The notes below the pieces were generated by a model. The model made no database searches, was not told where the DNA came from, and was given only the letters and a program-made list of their open reading frames with translations. The position numbers and the translations under genes were made by a program. From a virus (taxonomy: Duplodnaviria; Caudoviricetes), in the IMG/VR virus record IMGVR_UViG_3300007747_000009, positions 32,001 through 96,000 of that record: DNA of 64,000 nucleotides; one strand, 5' to 3'. Below are positions 1 through 9,758 of this stretch, piece after piece; positions within the stretch are counted from its first letter, which is position 1, and every line of letters begins with the position of its first letter.

Positions 1-1
1 A

Positions 2-151
2 TCAAAGGATGAAGACCAGTGCGAACCAGATTACTCTGTTAACCAGTACATCGATGGCTCATTCGTAGTTCGGAATCTGATGGGCGAAGTACTTTTAGAA
101 ACTAATGAAGAGAACGAAGTAAAAAAATTCATTAAAGTACTTGCAAAGTAA
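2..151 (+). CDS. 3' end of a hypothetical protein (partial)
   Basis: Open frame from position 2 (SKDEDQCEPDYSVNQ...KFIKVLAK) to TAA 149-151. Confidence 0.6.
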   Translation, partial: SKDEDQCEPDYSVNQYIDGSFVVRNLMGEVLLETNEENEVKKFIKVLAK

Positions 152-168
152 TCTCAGTCCAGTATAAT
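141..168 (+). promoter_or_regulatory. sigma70-type early promoter
   Basis: TTGCAA 141-146, 16 bp spacer, TATAAT 163-168. Confidence 0.65.
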
Positions 169-222
169 GTTTTACATCGAGAGGGGGAAATGGTTCTCCC
201 TCCGGTAACTAGGAGATACACC

Positions 223-621
223 ATGTTCACTATCACTAACATCAAAGACGTTCTGGCAGTTGCAACTACTTTCGGGACAGCAGCACTGGATCACATCATT
301 AATAACAACACAATGTCATCAGACACATCAGAGATCATTCGATCCGCACGTGTCTGGGCTAAGCGTCAGATCATTGAGCTGGAAAGCTCATCCGACACTA
401 ACCGTAACTATGATGTTACCGCAGTGTACTATGTCAACACCACAGGCAGTGAGTACATCACTAACCTGTCAGACATTGTAGTGACACGCACTGGCATTGG
501 TTCTTTCACCCTACCAATAGCCGAGGCGGTAGCACAGGGGCAAGTACTCCCTGAGCAGTTGGTACTGGTACTGGGCATCATACGTGATCGTAACGCAGCA
601 CGTAAAACGTTAGGACTCTGA
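223..621 (+). CDS. hypothetical protein
   Basis: AGGAG RBS at 211-215 points to ATG 223 rather than 190. Confidence 0.75.
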   Translation: MFTITNIKDVLAVATTFGTAALDHIINNNTMSSDTSEIIRSARVWAKRQIIELESSSDTNRNYDVTAVYYVNTTGSEYITNLSDIVVTRTGIGSFTLPIAEAVAQGQVLPEQLVLVLGIIRDRNAARKTLGL

Positions 622-639
622 GTCCTTAACATCAACATC

Positions 640-668
640 AAGGCCACTGTATCACACACAGTGGCCTT
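640..668 (+). other. perfect 11-bp inverted repeat
   Basis: AAGGCCACTGT-atcacac-ACAGTGGCCTT, followed by TATACT. Confidence 0.7.
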
Positions 669-687
669 ATACTATGAGAGGTATACC

Positions 688-900
688 ATGACAACATACA
701 GAGTAGAGGGATGCTTAGGCGTTAGCGTAGGCACAGCTAAGACTATCAGTGACGCAAGCGTGTTAGTACTTAAGCAGTTGCCTATCAGTGCAGCAGGTGT
801 AGCCAACCTAGCCAAGCGGCTAGCCGCTGGTGCCGTGGGGGGACAGGTACGCGTGGAGTATGGCGGTACAGGTTGCACGGTATACTTAGAGAAGGATTAA
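688..900 (+). CDS. hypothetical protein
   Basis: GAGG RBS before ATG 688 (MTTYRV...). Confidence 0.7.
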   Translation: MTTYRVEGCLGVSVGTAKTISDASVLVLKQLPISAAGVANLAKRLAAGAVGGQVRVEYGGTGCTVYLEKD

Positions 901-966
901 AGTACTTACTCAGATTTTAGTTGAGGTAAAATATAATTACCTTAGTTATAATTTGAGTAGGTAACT
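901..966 (+). other. long imperfect RNA hairpin
   Basis: TACTTACTCAGATT/AATTTGAGTAGGTA outer stem and TAGTTGAGGTAA/TTACCTTAGTTA inner stem; the non-Watson-Crick pairs are G-U on the + strand. Confidence 0.65.
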
Positions 967-1048
967 GTTACACTTTTCTATAAAAAATATTAATGGACTA
1001 TGCAAAATTTTTTTGCTTAGTGAAGGGCAGTCAGGCTTAGCGGCCTCT

Positions 1049-1094
1049 AAAACCGTATATGGGTATTGACATATATGGTTTTTGCTGCTATACT
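1049..1094 (+). promoter_or_regulatory. consensus sigma70 promoter of the paralog array, overlapped by a terminator-like hairpin
   Basis: TTGACA 1066-1071, 17 bp, TG-C-TATACT 1086-1094; hairpin AAAACCGTATATG/CATATATGGTTTT 1049-1082. Confidence 0.85.
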
Positions 1095-1121
1095 GGCAAT
1101 TCATTTTAATTGGAGGGGTTT

Positions 1122-1610
1122 ATGACACAATTTGAACTGGACATGATGTATTGCGACGATGCAGTTAATGCATTGAAAGCAGTTATTAATAACTTAATTT
1201 ATGACAATACTGATTACCGGCAGGTAACATTAGGGAATACAATTAAGGTATTCTATAAAAGAGATATGGTTATGGGTTTGCACAAAGAGGTAGCATTTGG
1301 AACTACAATGACCGTTAACCGGACGATGCAAATTAACTCACATAATTATAGTTGTATGTTACTTGAATTTAAAGACTCAACTGGTAATGATGTATATAAT
1401 ATTATTCCATCCTCTGCGTATGTTGAAGAACAATACTTTCAAGATAGTTTAATTGTAGACCCTAAGTTCCAGCGGGAACTTCTACTTGTTACCAAAATTG
1501 TTGAATATATTAAAACAACTAAATTCAGTTCAATTGAAATATATCGTGATTACTTACCTATACTTATTGCAGATGTTAAAGCTTTATGGGGTGAATCAAA
1601 TGACATTTGA
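1122..1610 (+). CDS. FQxS-family paralog
   Basis: MTQFELDMMYC...EEQYFQDSLIV; GGAGG RBS. Confidence 0.85.
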   Translation: MTQFELDMMYCDDAVNALKAVINNLIYDNTDYRQVTLGNTIKVFYKRDMVMGLHKEVAFGTTMTVNRTMQINSHNYSCMLLEFKDSTGNDVYNIIPSSAYVEEQYFQDSLIVDPKFQRELLLVTKIVEYIKTTKFSSIEIYRDYLPILIADVKALWGESNDI

Positions 1611-2106
1611 AAAGGATATGGAATACGCGGATCTGGTTGTGGATGCAGTAAGTTGTATTATTGATAATTCCATTTGTAGCAATCATGATTACCGCACGGT
1701 AGAACTGCGTGATTACTTCGAGTTTTTTAAAAATACCAAATGGTTTGGCTCCTTTTATGAAAAAAACCAGTTCTGTATTACCATGAGTTCGTGTAATATG
1801 ATCCAGATTAATATTAATGATGATGTATGTAAATTTATTAATTTTGCAAACTTACTGAATGATACTCCGTCATCTATCATAGCAGATCCTTCAGAATATA
1901 CTGAAGAACATTATTTTCAAGAAAGCTTGATGCTAGATGCAGGGAAGCAACTTGATTTACTTTTGGTATCTAAACTTCGCAATTACCTTAAGACAACAAA
2001 ATATGTTTCAATTGAAATAATGCGTGATTACTTACCTATACTGATTTCAGATGTTAAAGCATTACGGGTTGCATCAAATGACATTTGAAAAAGATATGGA
2101 ATACGC
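1529..2106 (+). repeat. 100-bp direct repeat (1529-1628 / 2007-2106) spanning gene junctions
   Basis: About 10 mismatches in 100 bp by manual alignment. Confidence 0.9.
1600..2088 (+). CDS. FQxS-family paralog
   Basis: MTFEKDMEYA...EEHYFQESLML. Confidence 0.85.
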   Translation: MTFEKDMEYADLVVDAVSCIIDNSICSNHDYRTVELRDYFEFFKNTKWFGSFYEKNQFCITMSSCNMIQININDDVCKFINFANLLNDTPSSIIADPSEYTEEHYFQESLMLDAGKQLDLLLVSKLRNYLKTTKYVSIEIMRDYLPILISDVKALRVASNDI

Positions 2107-2533
2107 TAATAATATACTACGCATTCGCACGGCGATGGAAGATGGTTCTATCGTTGCGAAAGATGGTATTCGTTCATTCTCAACGAACCCAACTACATTT
2201 GAATACATTATGGAATTTTGCGGGGAAGATGTAGTTATCGGATACTTAGAACGTAGAATCACGCGTATGGCTAACTTTGTGACTAGTGGCGAAATATATT
2301 ACGACTATCGCTCTAATCGTATTCACACTAGATTGGCTGATGGTGGTTCACTTGTAGTAAATGTAGACAAAGAAGTAATAGATGAAGCTTGGTATTTTCA
2401 AAACAGTTTAGTCTACAACCATGATGTACTTAGGGCATTGATGGCCGTCAAAACTTTACAGAGTGTTGAATCGAAATATGAATACTTTCAACTTAAAACC
2501 CGTCACATTGACAACATACTATATAGGTTATAA
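2078..2533 (+). CDS. FQxS-family paralog
   Basis: MTFEKDMEYA...EAWYFQNSLVY. Confidence 0.85.
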   Translation: MTFEKDMEYANNILRIRTAMEDGSIVAKDGIRSFSTNPTTFEYIMEFCGEDVVIGYLERRITRMANFVTSGEIYYDYRSNRIHTRLADGGSLVVNVDKEVIDEAWYFQNSLVYNHDVLRALMAVKTLQSVESKYEYFQLKTRHIDNILYRL

Positions 2534-2535
2534 TA

Positions 2536-3018
2536 ATGACACAATTTGAATTGGACTTACATTATGCAAAAAGCATTGTTAAGATATTGGATGCAGCATA
2601 TACCGGTACTTTAGATAACAATGTTCACTTTACTATTAAAAAAAGTGTCCCTGTGCATGAAGAAGATTGGATAGGAATTAAATCCGAATATGGTATTATA
2701 GAATACAATATGAAGGACTCATTTTTCAACAATATGTTATGGTCTAACAAACAACTTCAAATAGAATCAGAATCGAAAAAGTTGTACATAGCGGGTGACA
2801 ATATGGGAACTTCATTTGAATTAATTACTAATCCAGAAGATGAAGCTACATACTTTCAAAATAGTTTAATTTATGAACCTCACATTCATAGTATGTTAAT
2901 TTTGGTAAGCTACATTAACAAATACATTAATAAGAACGATATAAAAAGCGTTAATGTACTTTTGTTAGGGGATGTTGATAAATTTATTACAGCAGCGAAT
3001 ATGATAGGAGAACCGTAA
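2536..3018 (+). CDS. FQxS-family paralog
   Basis: MTQFELDLHYA...EATYFQNSLIY. Confidence 0.85.
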   Translation: MTQFELDLHYAKSIVKILDAAYTGTLDNNVHFTIKKSVPVHEEDWIGIKSEYGIIEYNMKDSFFNNMLWSNKQLQIESESKKLYIAGDNMGTSFELITNPEDEATYFQNSLIYEPHIHSMLILVSYINKYINKNDIKSVNVLLLGDVDKFITAANMIGEP

Positions 3019-3536
3019 TGACACAATTTGAATTGGACTTACAATATGCAAAAGACATGGTTCGTGTCAGGAATGCATTACATGACGGTACTATAGATCC
3101 AGATGCAGTGACTATTACACTGTCGCATGGCGATGAATTAAAATATCAGATAACAGTAAATGATATAGTGGGGGTCTTCGCAACAATAGGTTGCAATGAC
3201 GAATTTGGTCGTCAGGATTCATATGTATCAAAAAAATGGCTACACGATATTCATAGTAATGAAGTTGAACTGCACCGGAATGAACTGCACTGGAATGAAC
3301 GTGCCTTTCCACCATATAAACGTAATTCTGAATGGTCATCCCTTCAAATACAATCTGGATATGATGAAGGGATGTATTTCCAAGATAGCTTGATTTACGA
3401 CAATACTGTACTAAGGAACATTGTTCTCATAAACTATCTTTATGCTAACCCACTTCCTAAACCTTACGATAAATTCATTTTCAATCTATCGTATTTCGAA
3501 CTTGTATTGAACGTATTAGATAGGAAAACAACATGA
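3018..3536 (+). CDS. FQxS-family paralog
   Basis: MTQFELDLQYA...EGMYFQDSLIY. Confidence 0.85.
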   Translation: MTQFELDLQYAKDMVRVRNALHDGTIDPDAVTITLSHGDELKYQITVNDIVGVFATIGCNDEFGRQDSYVSKKWLHDIHSNEVELHRNELHWNERAFPPYKRNSEWSSLQIQSGYDEGMYFQDSLIYDNTVLRNIVLINYLYANPLPKPYDKFIFNLSYFELVLNVLDRKTT

Positions 3537-3985
3537 CACAATATGAACTGGACTTACAGTATGCAAAAGATGTTAGAATCATAATTGAACGTTTTTTGAA
3601 TGATTCACCGAACATTTTTGTTAAAGATAGAGGGCATGATTATCTAAAGTTTTCTCTAAGAGGTGAACCTGTTATAAAATTTAATGATTTTGAGATGATC
3701 AGTACAACCGTAATACAAGACAAAATATTGTCACATGTATTTGGTGCAACAAAAATACAAATAGAACGTCAGTTAGTGTTAGAAACGGATGATATACAAG
3801 TTGGTTGGAAAAATGAAGAACAACATTTCCAGAACTCGTTGATCTATGATGCCAGTACTGTTCGTAGCATTCTTCTATTTTCTTACCTAATGGATCATGC
3901 ACCTTCGAAATATAAACACTTGAGAATTGATCTCAGTATAATTCCTACATTAAAAATACTGTTCGGTCTAAAAAGGAATAGCTAA
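3533..3985 (+). CDS. FQxS-family paralog
   Basis: MTQYELDLQYA...EEQHFQNSLIY. Confidence 0.85.
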   Translation: MTQYELDLQYAKDVRIIIERFLNDSPNIFVKDRGHDYLKFSLRGEPVIKFNDFEMISTTVIQDKILSHVFGATKIQIERQLVLETDDIQVGWKNEEQHFQNSLIYDASTVRSILLFSYLMDHAPSKYKHLRIDLSIIPTLKILFGLKRNS

Positions 3986-4521
3986 TGCAACAAGTGACAC
4001 AATATGAACTGGACTTACAATATGCAAAGAATATCTTACGAATCAGAGATGCATTTATGAATTCAGTACTAGACGATGATCCTAGAATTATCCGTACAAA
4101 ATCAGGTTATTCTTTTTCAATTAGAGATGAATCAGATGAATACTCAGATGAATACTTTGATAAAAGTGATGACATTATAAATGTACAATGCTATGATGAT
4201 GTAGGTCGTGGATCATACACTACTATTATTGATTATGGTGGTATTCTCATTGAAGATGGTGATACTCATATTATGATATCCAAAGATGATTATGGTACTG
4301 GAGTAGAGTACATCTACCCTACTGAGTACGGTGAAGCAGAACATTTTCAACAATCTTTAATTTATGATGAATTTACTAATAGGATGATATTGACTTCTTG
4401 GTATCTATCTAAACACCCAATAGATAAAGATGCACATTATATTTGTGATTTTGATTTAAATCGTTATAATGACATCATTGCAATCTTAGATGAATACAAG
4501 GAAGATAATGACAACGTATAA
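3985..4521 (+). CDS. FQxS-family paralog
   Basis: VTQYELDLQYA...EAEHFQQSLIY. Confidence 0.85.
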   Translation: MQQVTQYELDLQYAKNILRIRDAFMNSVLDDDPRIIRTKSGYSFSIRDESDEYSDEYFDKSDDIINVQCYDDVGRGSYTTIIDYGGILIEDGDTHIMISKDDYGTGVEYIYPTEYGEAEHFQQSLIYDEFTNRMILTSWYLSKHPIDKDAHYICDFDLNRYNDIIAILDEYKEDNDNV

Positions 4522-5050
4522 TGAAGATTTAGAATTTGCAAAGAATTTATTAGCAATATGTAAAGCTACCAAAGAACAGACATTAGATAATAAAAGATTT
4601 AAAATAAATGAGACAAAGTACTGGATTGATTTAAGATTTTCTGCCCTAGAAGATAACGGTGATTACGATCCAAATAATGATGATGACGATGATGACGATT
4701 ATCATTATATAGTTTCAGTTGAACTTGATGGTACAGTAGGTGGTTATGATGGAGAAGATAAAAATTGTTCATATTATACAGAAGATGAATTAATGTTGGA
4801 ATACGGTGATACTGAAATTTTGATTGAAACAATAGAAAATTCATATTTTCGTGAAAAATTACCCACACCAACTGAATATACAGAAGAGATACATTTTCAG
4901 AATTCATTACTATATACAGAATTCCAGAACAGAATCTTATTGGTATGTTGGTATCTTCAGTTAGAAGAGAATAGGATTAACGATGTTTCAGTACTAACAA
5001 TTCCATTTAAAAATATGGAAAATGCAATTAAAATGTTATACGGGAGTTAA
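4508..5050 (+). CDS. FQxS-family paralog
   Basis: MTTYNEDLEFA...EEIHFQNSLLY. Confidence 0.85.
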   Translation: MTTYNEDLEFAKNLLAICKATKEQTLDNKRFKINETKYWIDLRFSALEDNGDYDPNNDDDDDDDYHYIVSVELDGTVGGYDGEDKNCSYYTEDELMLEYGDTEILIETIENSYFREKLPTPTEYTEEIHFQNSLLYTEFQNRILLVCWYLQLEENRINDVSVLTIPFKNMENAIKMLYGS

Positions 5051-5052
5051 CA

Positions 5053-5574
5053 ATGTCATCGTACATAGAAGATTTAGAGTACGCTAAAAAGATATTGAAT
5101 CTTTTGAATAAAATTAAAGATAAAAAAATAGTACACGAACAATTGTTTACACGAACATTAAATTATGGTATATCAAGGACTATAGAGTTTGCATATATTG
5201 TAAGTACTCATAGCACAGTTGTTAGTTTGACAATTGGCAACAGTCAAGACAATTCAACTACAGATTATGAATCGATATGTAATAAAACATCATTAATATT
5301 TGAGTACACTGACACTAAAATTTGGATATGTGACACTGACGATCCGGATATGGATCCAATATCAATGGATATCTTTGATGATTATAGTGAAGAAGTATAT
5401 TTTCAAAACTCACTTATATACTCAGATTTTGTTAACAGAATGTTGTTAATACATTCCTACCTTATGAACCCAACTAATCGTATTAAAGGTATAAGTATTT
5501 TTGAAATATCGTGGTCTAAGATGGATGATGTACTAAAAATTATAGATGAATTAGAGAATCAAAATGACTTATAG
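5053..5574 (+). CDS. FQxS-family paralog
   Basis: MSSYIEDLEYA...EEVYFQNSLIY. Confidence 0.85.
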   Translation: MSSYIEDLEYAKKILNLLNKIKDKKIVHEQLFTRTLNYGISRTIEFAYIVSTHSTVVSLTIGNSQDNSTTDYESICNKTSLIFEYTDTKIWICDTDDPDMDPISMDIFDDYSEEVYFQNSLIYSDFVNRMLLIHSYLMNPTNRIKGISIFEISWSKMDDVLKIIDELENQNDL

Positions 5575-6046
5575 AGAAGATTTAGAGTACGCAAAAAAGA
5601 TATTAAAATTATTACAAGAAACCAATAGTAATGGGTTTAAAGATATAACTAATCTAATGGTTACTGATAATAAAGATGAAAAATATCTTGTAAAACTTGA
5701 TACACGCAATGAAGATGTATTATCACTTTCAAAAAAAGATTCCAAAGATACAAGTAGATCTTCAGACAACTCTGTGTGTTGTACTGATAGTATTATAGTA
5801 GAATATGGAGATAGTTCTATTTGTATTACAGAAAATGATTTTGAGTCTTATATTGAGATTGATTATCCTATTGAGTACACAGAAGAGATACATTTTCAGA
5901 ATTCAACAATATATAACGAAAACCAAAATAGGTTAATTTTGTTGTGTTGGTATTTAAATTTAGAACAAAATAGATTACCGGGGATTATTATGTTTGATTT
6001 ATATTGTGATGCAGTTAATAATCTTCTCCTTGAATTGGGGTATTAA
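5564..6046 (+). CDS. FQxS-family paralog
   Basis: MTYREDLEYA...EEIHFQNSTIY. Confidence 0.85.
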   Translation: MTYREDLEYAKKILKLLQETNSNGFKDITNLMVTDNKDEKYLVKLDTRNEDVLSLSKKDSKDTSRSSDNSVCCTDSIIVEYGDSSICITENDFESYIEIDYPIEYTEEIHFQNSTIYNENQNRLILLCWYLNLEQNRLPGIIMFDLYCDAVNNLLLELGY

Positions 6047-6047
6047 A

Positions 6048-6563
6048 ATGACTTATAATGAAGATTTAGAGTACGCAAAGAATATTCATCGTCTGATAAA
6101 AGCACTAGTTGATAGCAGTGAAGACGAAGGATATAGTTTTATTAGATATGAGGTTAATAGTACTACTTATTCTAATTTTTATTACAAAGAGATAGTTGAA
6201 GGTGACGATCAAAAGATGTATTTTAGAAAGATATTAACTTACATCAATACACCTAATAATAATTTAGTAACTGATAGTACTGGTACTAATTATATTTCTT
6301 TAGAAGATAGATCTACAAGTTACGTGATTAATGTTTCTAAAAATTGTACACAAGAATATACATATAGTACAGAAACATGGAAATCTGAAGAGGAACACTT
6401 TCAAAATTCGTTGATCTATGATGATGATACGAATAGGAACATTTTAGTTATGAAGTACATTAAGGATCATTTTCCTTCTAATATGAAGTACTTAAGAATG
6501 CAACTTAACGAGCGTATTATCACAGAATTGTTCAAAAGGATACTACCGGATGTTATCGACTGA
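6048..6563 (+). CDS. FQxS-family paralog
   Basis: MTYNEDLEYA...EEEHFQNSLIY. Confidence 0.85.
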   Translation: MTYNEDLEYAKNIHRLIKALVDSSEDEGYSFIRYEVNSTTYSNFYYKEIVEGDDQKMYFRKILTYINTPNNNLVTDSTGTNYISLEDRSTSYVINVSKNCTQEYTYSTETWKSEEEHFQNSLIYDDDTNRNILVMKYIKDHFPSNMKYLRMQLNERIITELFKRILPDVID

Positions 6564-7158
6564 AACGGATATAATGCAGTACATTTATAAGATGGAAAAG
6601 GTATTGACTTTTTTGAATACCTTTGATACAAGTAAATGCAATACGTTATCTTATCCAATCAATGAAAAATTTGAGATACGCATTTCTTCGAGTGAATCGA
6701 ATCAACAATGGATTGAGATATTTAGACCAGATGTAACGGATAATGTCAATTCCCTTGACACAAGGGATGGATTGGGATATCATGTGATTAAGACCTACCC
6801 TAGTGGTCTTAGGAACATAGAAGTTATGTCATATTACAATGACGATTTCTATAATGAGTTTATGTTTCACGAATCGAAAAATAGTAGTTCATTAAGAACC
6901 ACGGTTGCCCATGAGATGAAGGATGAAATTATAGAGTTAGCACAGTACGATTTGAGTACAGAAGAGGGTAGATTTCAGCTTAGTTTAATGTACAGTTTAC
7001 AAGTTGTGAATATATTATCTATTCATCAATATTTTTACAACAAACAAGTACAACCTTTTAGCTGTTGGTTTCATAGTGAGTTCAATGAATTATATGAGGT
7101 ATTAGATGACAAATACAAATTTAGAATTAGCACAGAAGCTGAAGGTACTAACACATAA
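6550..7158 (+). CDS. FQxS-family paralog
   Basis: EEGRFQLSLMY. Confidence 0.8.
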   Translation: MLSTETDIMQYIYKMEKVLTFLNTFDTSKCNTLSYPINEKFEIRISSSESNQQWIEIFRPDVTDNVNSLDTRDGLGYHVIKTYPSGLRNIEVMSYYNDDFYNEFMFHESKNSSSLRTTVAHEMKDEIIELAQYDLSTEEGRFQLSLMYSLQVVNILSIHQYFYNKQVQPFSCWFHSEFNELYEVLDDKYKFRISTEAEGTNT

Positions 7159-7669
7159 ATTTCATGCTAATCCAGATGTATTGTTTGAGTACTATAATCT
7201 TAAAATTCATAGTTGGGATCAGACCCTTGCTGCTGAGAACCAAATTCATATTTTACGCAATGCAGATTTACAAGTACTCATTAGTACAGGAGGGAAAGAT
7301 TCTAAAGAGTTGTGTAAGAGTTATATTTTATTGGATGGTTCACATATTATAAAGTACCCCGGACATTCAGAACATCCTAATAACAATGTATTACATGCAT
7401 TTGATAAGAAGAGTGATTTTTTCAATTTAAAAGACAATAGATATGATTTATCTATTCCACCGGAAAATGAAGAAGAGTTTTTGTTCCAGCAGAGTTTAGT
7501 ACTACCATCGTTTGTGTACGATTCATTTGAATTGATGTTGTATATACGTAGGACGACGAATTTACCGTTTATGGTAAATTTAAAATTATTGAATATCGAT
7601 GAGGCATTAGGGGTTTATGATGAACAAAAATATGGTATCAGTGAAGAAATTAATATTTTTAAGTTATGA
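7106..7669 (+). CDS. FQxS-family paralog
   Basis: EEFLFQQSLVL. Confidence 0.8.
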   Translation: MTNTNLELAQKLKVLTHKFHANPDVLFEYYNLKIHSWDQTLAAENQIHILRNADLQVLISTGGKDSKELCKSYILLDGSHIIKYPGHSEHPNNNVLHAFDKKSDFFNLKDNRYDLSIPPENEEEFLFQQSLVLPSFVYDSFELMLYIRRTTNLPFMVNLKLLNIDEALGVYDEQKYGISEEINIFKL

Positions 7670-7670
7670 G

Positions 7671-8198
7671 ATGCTAGCAAATTCAACGAAGGGTGAAAAG
7701 ATAGCTTTTTTAGCACAATCATTTTATGACAATCCAGAATTATTATGTAATACAATGGATTTTGAATATCATGATCATCACATGACGGATCAGTACGGGT
7801 ATGATGTTACCGGTCGTGAATTTTATGCTGCAATGAATAATGATACGGGTTCTATTATTATAAGTGTTGGTGAGTATCATAATAGTGAGGATATGAGCAG
7901 GTGGAAATTTGATCCATTCAAAAATGACATATTAACATTTCATACCAACCCGGATTGTAATGAATTTAATTATTCATATGAGACATTGGGACATAAAGAT
8001 GTATTTTATTTGGATGATGAATTATTTTCGAGTGAAGAGGGTTTATTCCAACAGAGTACAATATTGTGCGATGTAGCTTTTGAAACCCTAGAGATATATT
8101 TGCATTTACGCAGAGAATGCAGTATTCCGTTCAAGATGAATTTATCATTATTTGATTTAGATGCAGCAGTGAGGGTATATATAGATGCAGCTCAATAA
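7671..8198 (+). CDS. FQxS-family paralog
   Basis: EEGLFQQSTIL; C-terminus matches the previous gene (PFxxNLxLxxxDxA). Confidence 0.8.
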   Translation: MLANSTKGEKIAFLAQSFYDNPELLCNTMDFEYHDHHMTDQYGYDVTGREFYAAMNNDTGSIIISVGEYHNSEDMSRWKFDPFKNDILTFHTNPDCNEFNYSYETLGHKDVFYLDDELFSSEEGLFQQSTILCDVAFETLEIYLHLRRECSIPFKMNLSLFDLDAAVRVYIDAAQ

Positions 8199-8763
8199 CA
8201 TTCAAACATTTGGCGAATTGTGCGAGTACGTAGATGATGTAATTAAATTATTAGAATTATGTTACAATAACAGAACACATGAGATGTTAATCATTAATGG
8301 TGTAGTAAAATTTGGTGGTTATAACAACGGTATAGATTACAGATTTTCATTATTTGGACAGGAGTTTGGAGCATATTGTTTTTATAATTTAGATCCAGAT
8401 GATTATTCATGGGTTAATATTACAGAATGGAATAGGATTGATTATTACATTTTCAGACAAGAGAACATAGATTTCTTTGAAATGACCATGTTCGAAAAAC
8501 CAAAGACAACGGTATTAGGAAAAGAAAAGTGTGAATTTGATTTTTTGAATTTATCATCCTGTACAGAAGAGATGTATGAACAATTACAATACCTACATGA
8601 TCCTGAAATAGTAAAATCTATTATGATAATGAGTTTGTTTTACAGAAAAGGTCATAAACAGTTTGCGTTTTACGACCACACAAATTGTGATCCAAAGAAG
8701 ATGTACGATGCAATTAAGGATATGATTAATGAATTTCCATGCAACAAAGTTATTAGCGGATGA
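8185..8763 (+). CDS. FQxS-family paralog (EEMYEQLQY variant)
   Basis: CTEEMYEQLQYLH. Confidence 0.8.
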   Translation: MQLNNIQTFGELCEYVDDVIKLLELCYNNRTHEMLIINGVVKFGGYNNGIDYRFSLFGQEFGAYCFYNLDPDDYSWVNITEWNRIDYYIFRQENIDFFEMTMFEKPKTTVLGKEKCEFDFLNLSSCTEEMYEQLQYLHDPEIVKSIMIMSLFYRKGHKQFAFYDHTNCDPKKMYDAIKDMINEFPCNKVISG

Positions 8764-9162
8764 AATTATTGAGTTCAGTAGATTATGCAATATAATCAAG
8801 GACACGGTTATTCCAAGTACAGTTCAGTACGGACCTAATTCTGTACATAATTTTTTCTCTTCATCAGGTATGAGAATAGATCTAAGATTGTACAATGATG
8901 GTAGTATTGATTATGCGTTTAGTTATAGAGGTGCAAATTTTTGTACATGGGAACGAGTTGATGTTGCATTAAATCAACATGGTAATTCATATGTATATAA
9001 TTATTCTTCTTCATCGGGAAGTTATGTTGCTTTCAAGTACACAAATATGGGTTCAGATGAAATGGAATATATTGCAACCTACCAACCTATAGAAAATATT
9101 ACAATTCCTGTATTAAAATTATGTGAATGTACAGAAGAGATGTATGAACAATTACAATACCT
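8560..9162 (+). repeat. 35-bp exact direct repeat (8560-8594 / 9128-9162)
   Basis: TGTACAGAAGAGATGTATGAACAATTACAATACCT occurs twice and encodes the family motif. Confidence 0.9.
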
Positions 9163-9307
9163 TCACCCTAATGAGATAGTACATAGTCTTTTTATTGTAT
9201 CATTAATGCAGGCATATGGGGTTATTGGGATATTCAACACAAATACAGTTGAAGGTGATGATATGAATACAATTAATAAGAAATTGAGGATGGTACATGA
9301 CGCGTAA
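8729..9307 (+). CDS. FQxS-family paralog (EEMYEQLQY variant)
   Basis: CTEEMYEQLQYLH. Confidence 0.8.
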   Translation: MNFHATKLLADEIIEFSRLCNIIKDTVIPSTVQYGPNSVHNFFSSSGMRIDLRLYNDGSIDYAFSYRGANFCTWERVDVALNQHGNSYVYNYSSSSGSYVAFKYTNMGSDEMEYIATYQPIENITIPVLKLCECTEEMYEQLQYLHPNEIVHSLFIVSLMQAYGVIGIFNTNTVEGDDMNTINKKLRMVHDA

Positions 9308-9758
9308 TGAATTTGATTATAATAAATCAAAAGAGTATTGTGAAAAAATATTATATATTATTAAAACGTATCCTAAAATTAGACAGAAGTTCATTGAACA
9401 TCCATATGAAGCCAGTAGCTCTTTATTTTATGCAAATATGGATGATCAAACATGGACATGGGATAGTATAGTATTTGATAAAAAATTCAATTTCGAGTAT
9501 TTTAACAATAAGAATCATTTTGTTATGTACGATGGTTGGGATGCTACATCCAATACCTATTGGACCCCTGAACAATTAGAGGATGAGGGATTTTTATTTC
9601 AGCAGTCTTTGGCGTTTGATTATCATATGATGTTTAGTATATGTTGTGTGTCGTGGTTACATGCAATGGAAATTAGCAATTTATATATAGTCTGTGATGT
9701 ATCGCCCGAAGATCTTCATATCATGTACCAAGACGCGGTGGTGTATAACAATGTATAG
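9297..9758 (+). CDS. FQxS-family paralog
   Basis: EGFLFQQSLAF. Confidence 0.8.
   Translation: MTRNEFDYNKSKEYCEKILYIIKTYPKIRQKFIEHPYEASSSLFYANMDDQTWTWDSIVFDKKFNFEYFNNKNHFVMYDGWDATSNTYWTPEQLEDEGFLFQQSLAFDYHMMFSICCVSWLHAMEISNLYIVCDVSPEDLHIMYQDAVVYNNV

Noticed and set aside
2508-2534. TTGACA...TATAAT promoter inside the array
   Set aside because: The spacer is only 15 bp and the -10 box abuts the next start codon; not supported.
4676-4700. GAT/GAC microsatellite
   Set aside because: It simply encodes a poly-Asp tract, as at 28750-28775.
1122-9162. CRISPR array or diversity-generating retroelement behind the repeats
   Set aside because: The repeats are coding and ~500 bp apart; there is no cas or reverse transcriptase gene in the window and no adenine-specific TR/VR pattern.
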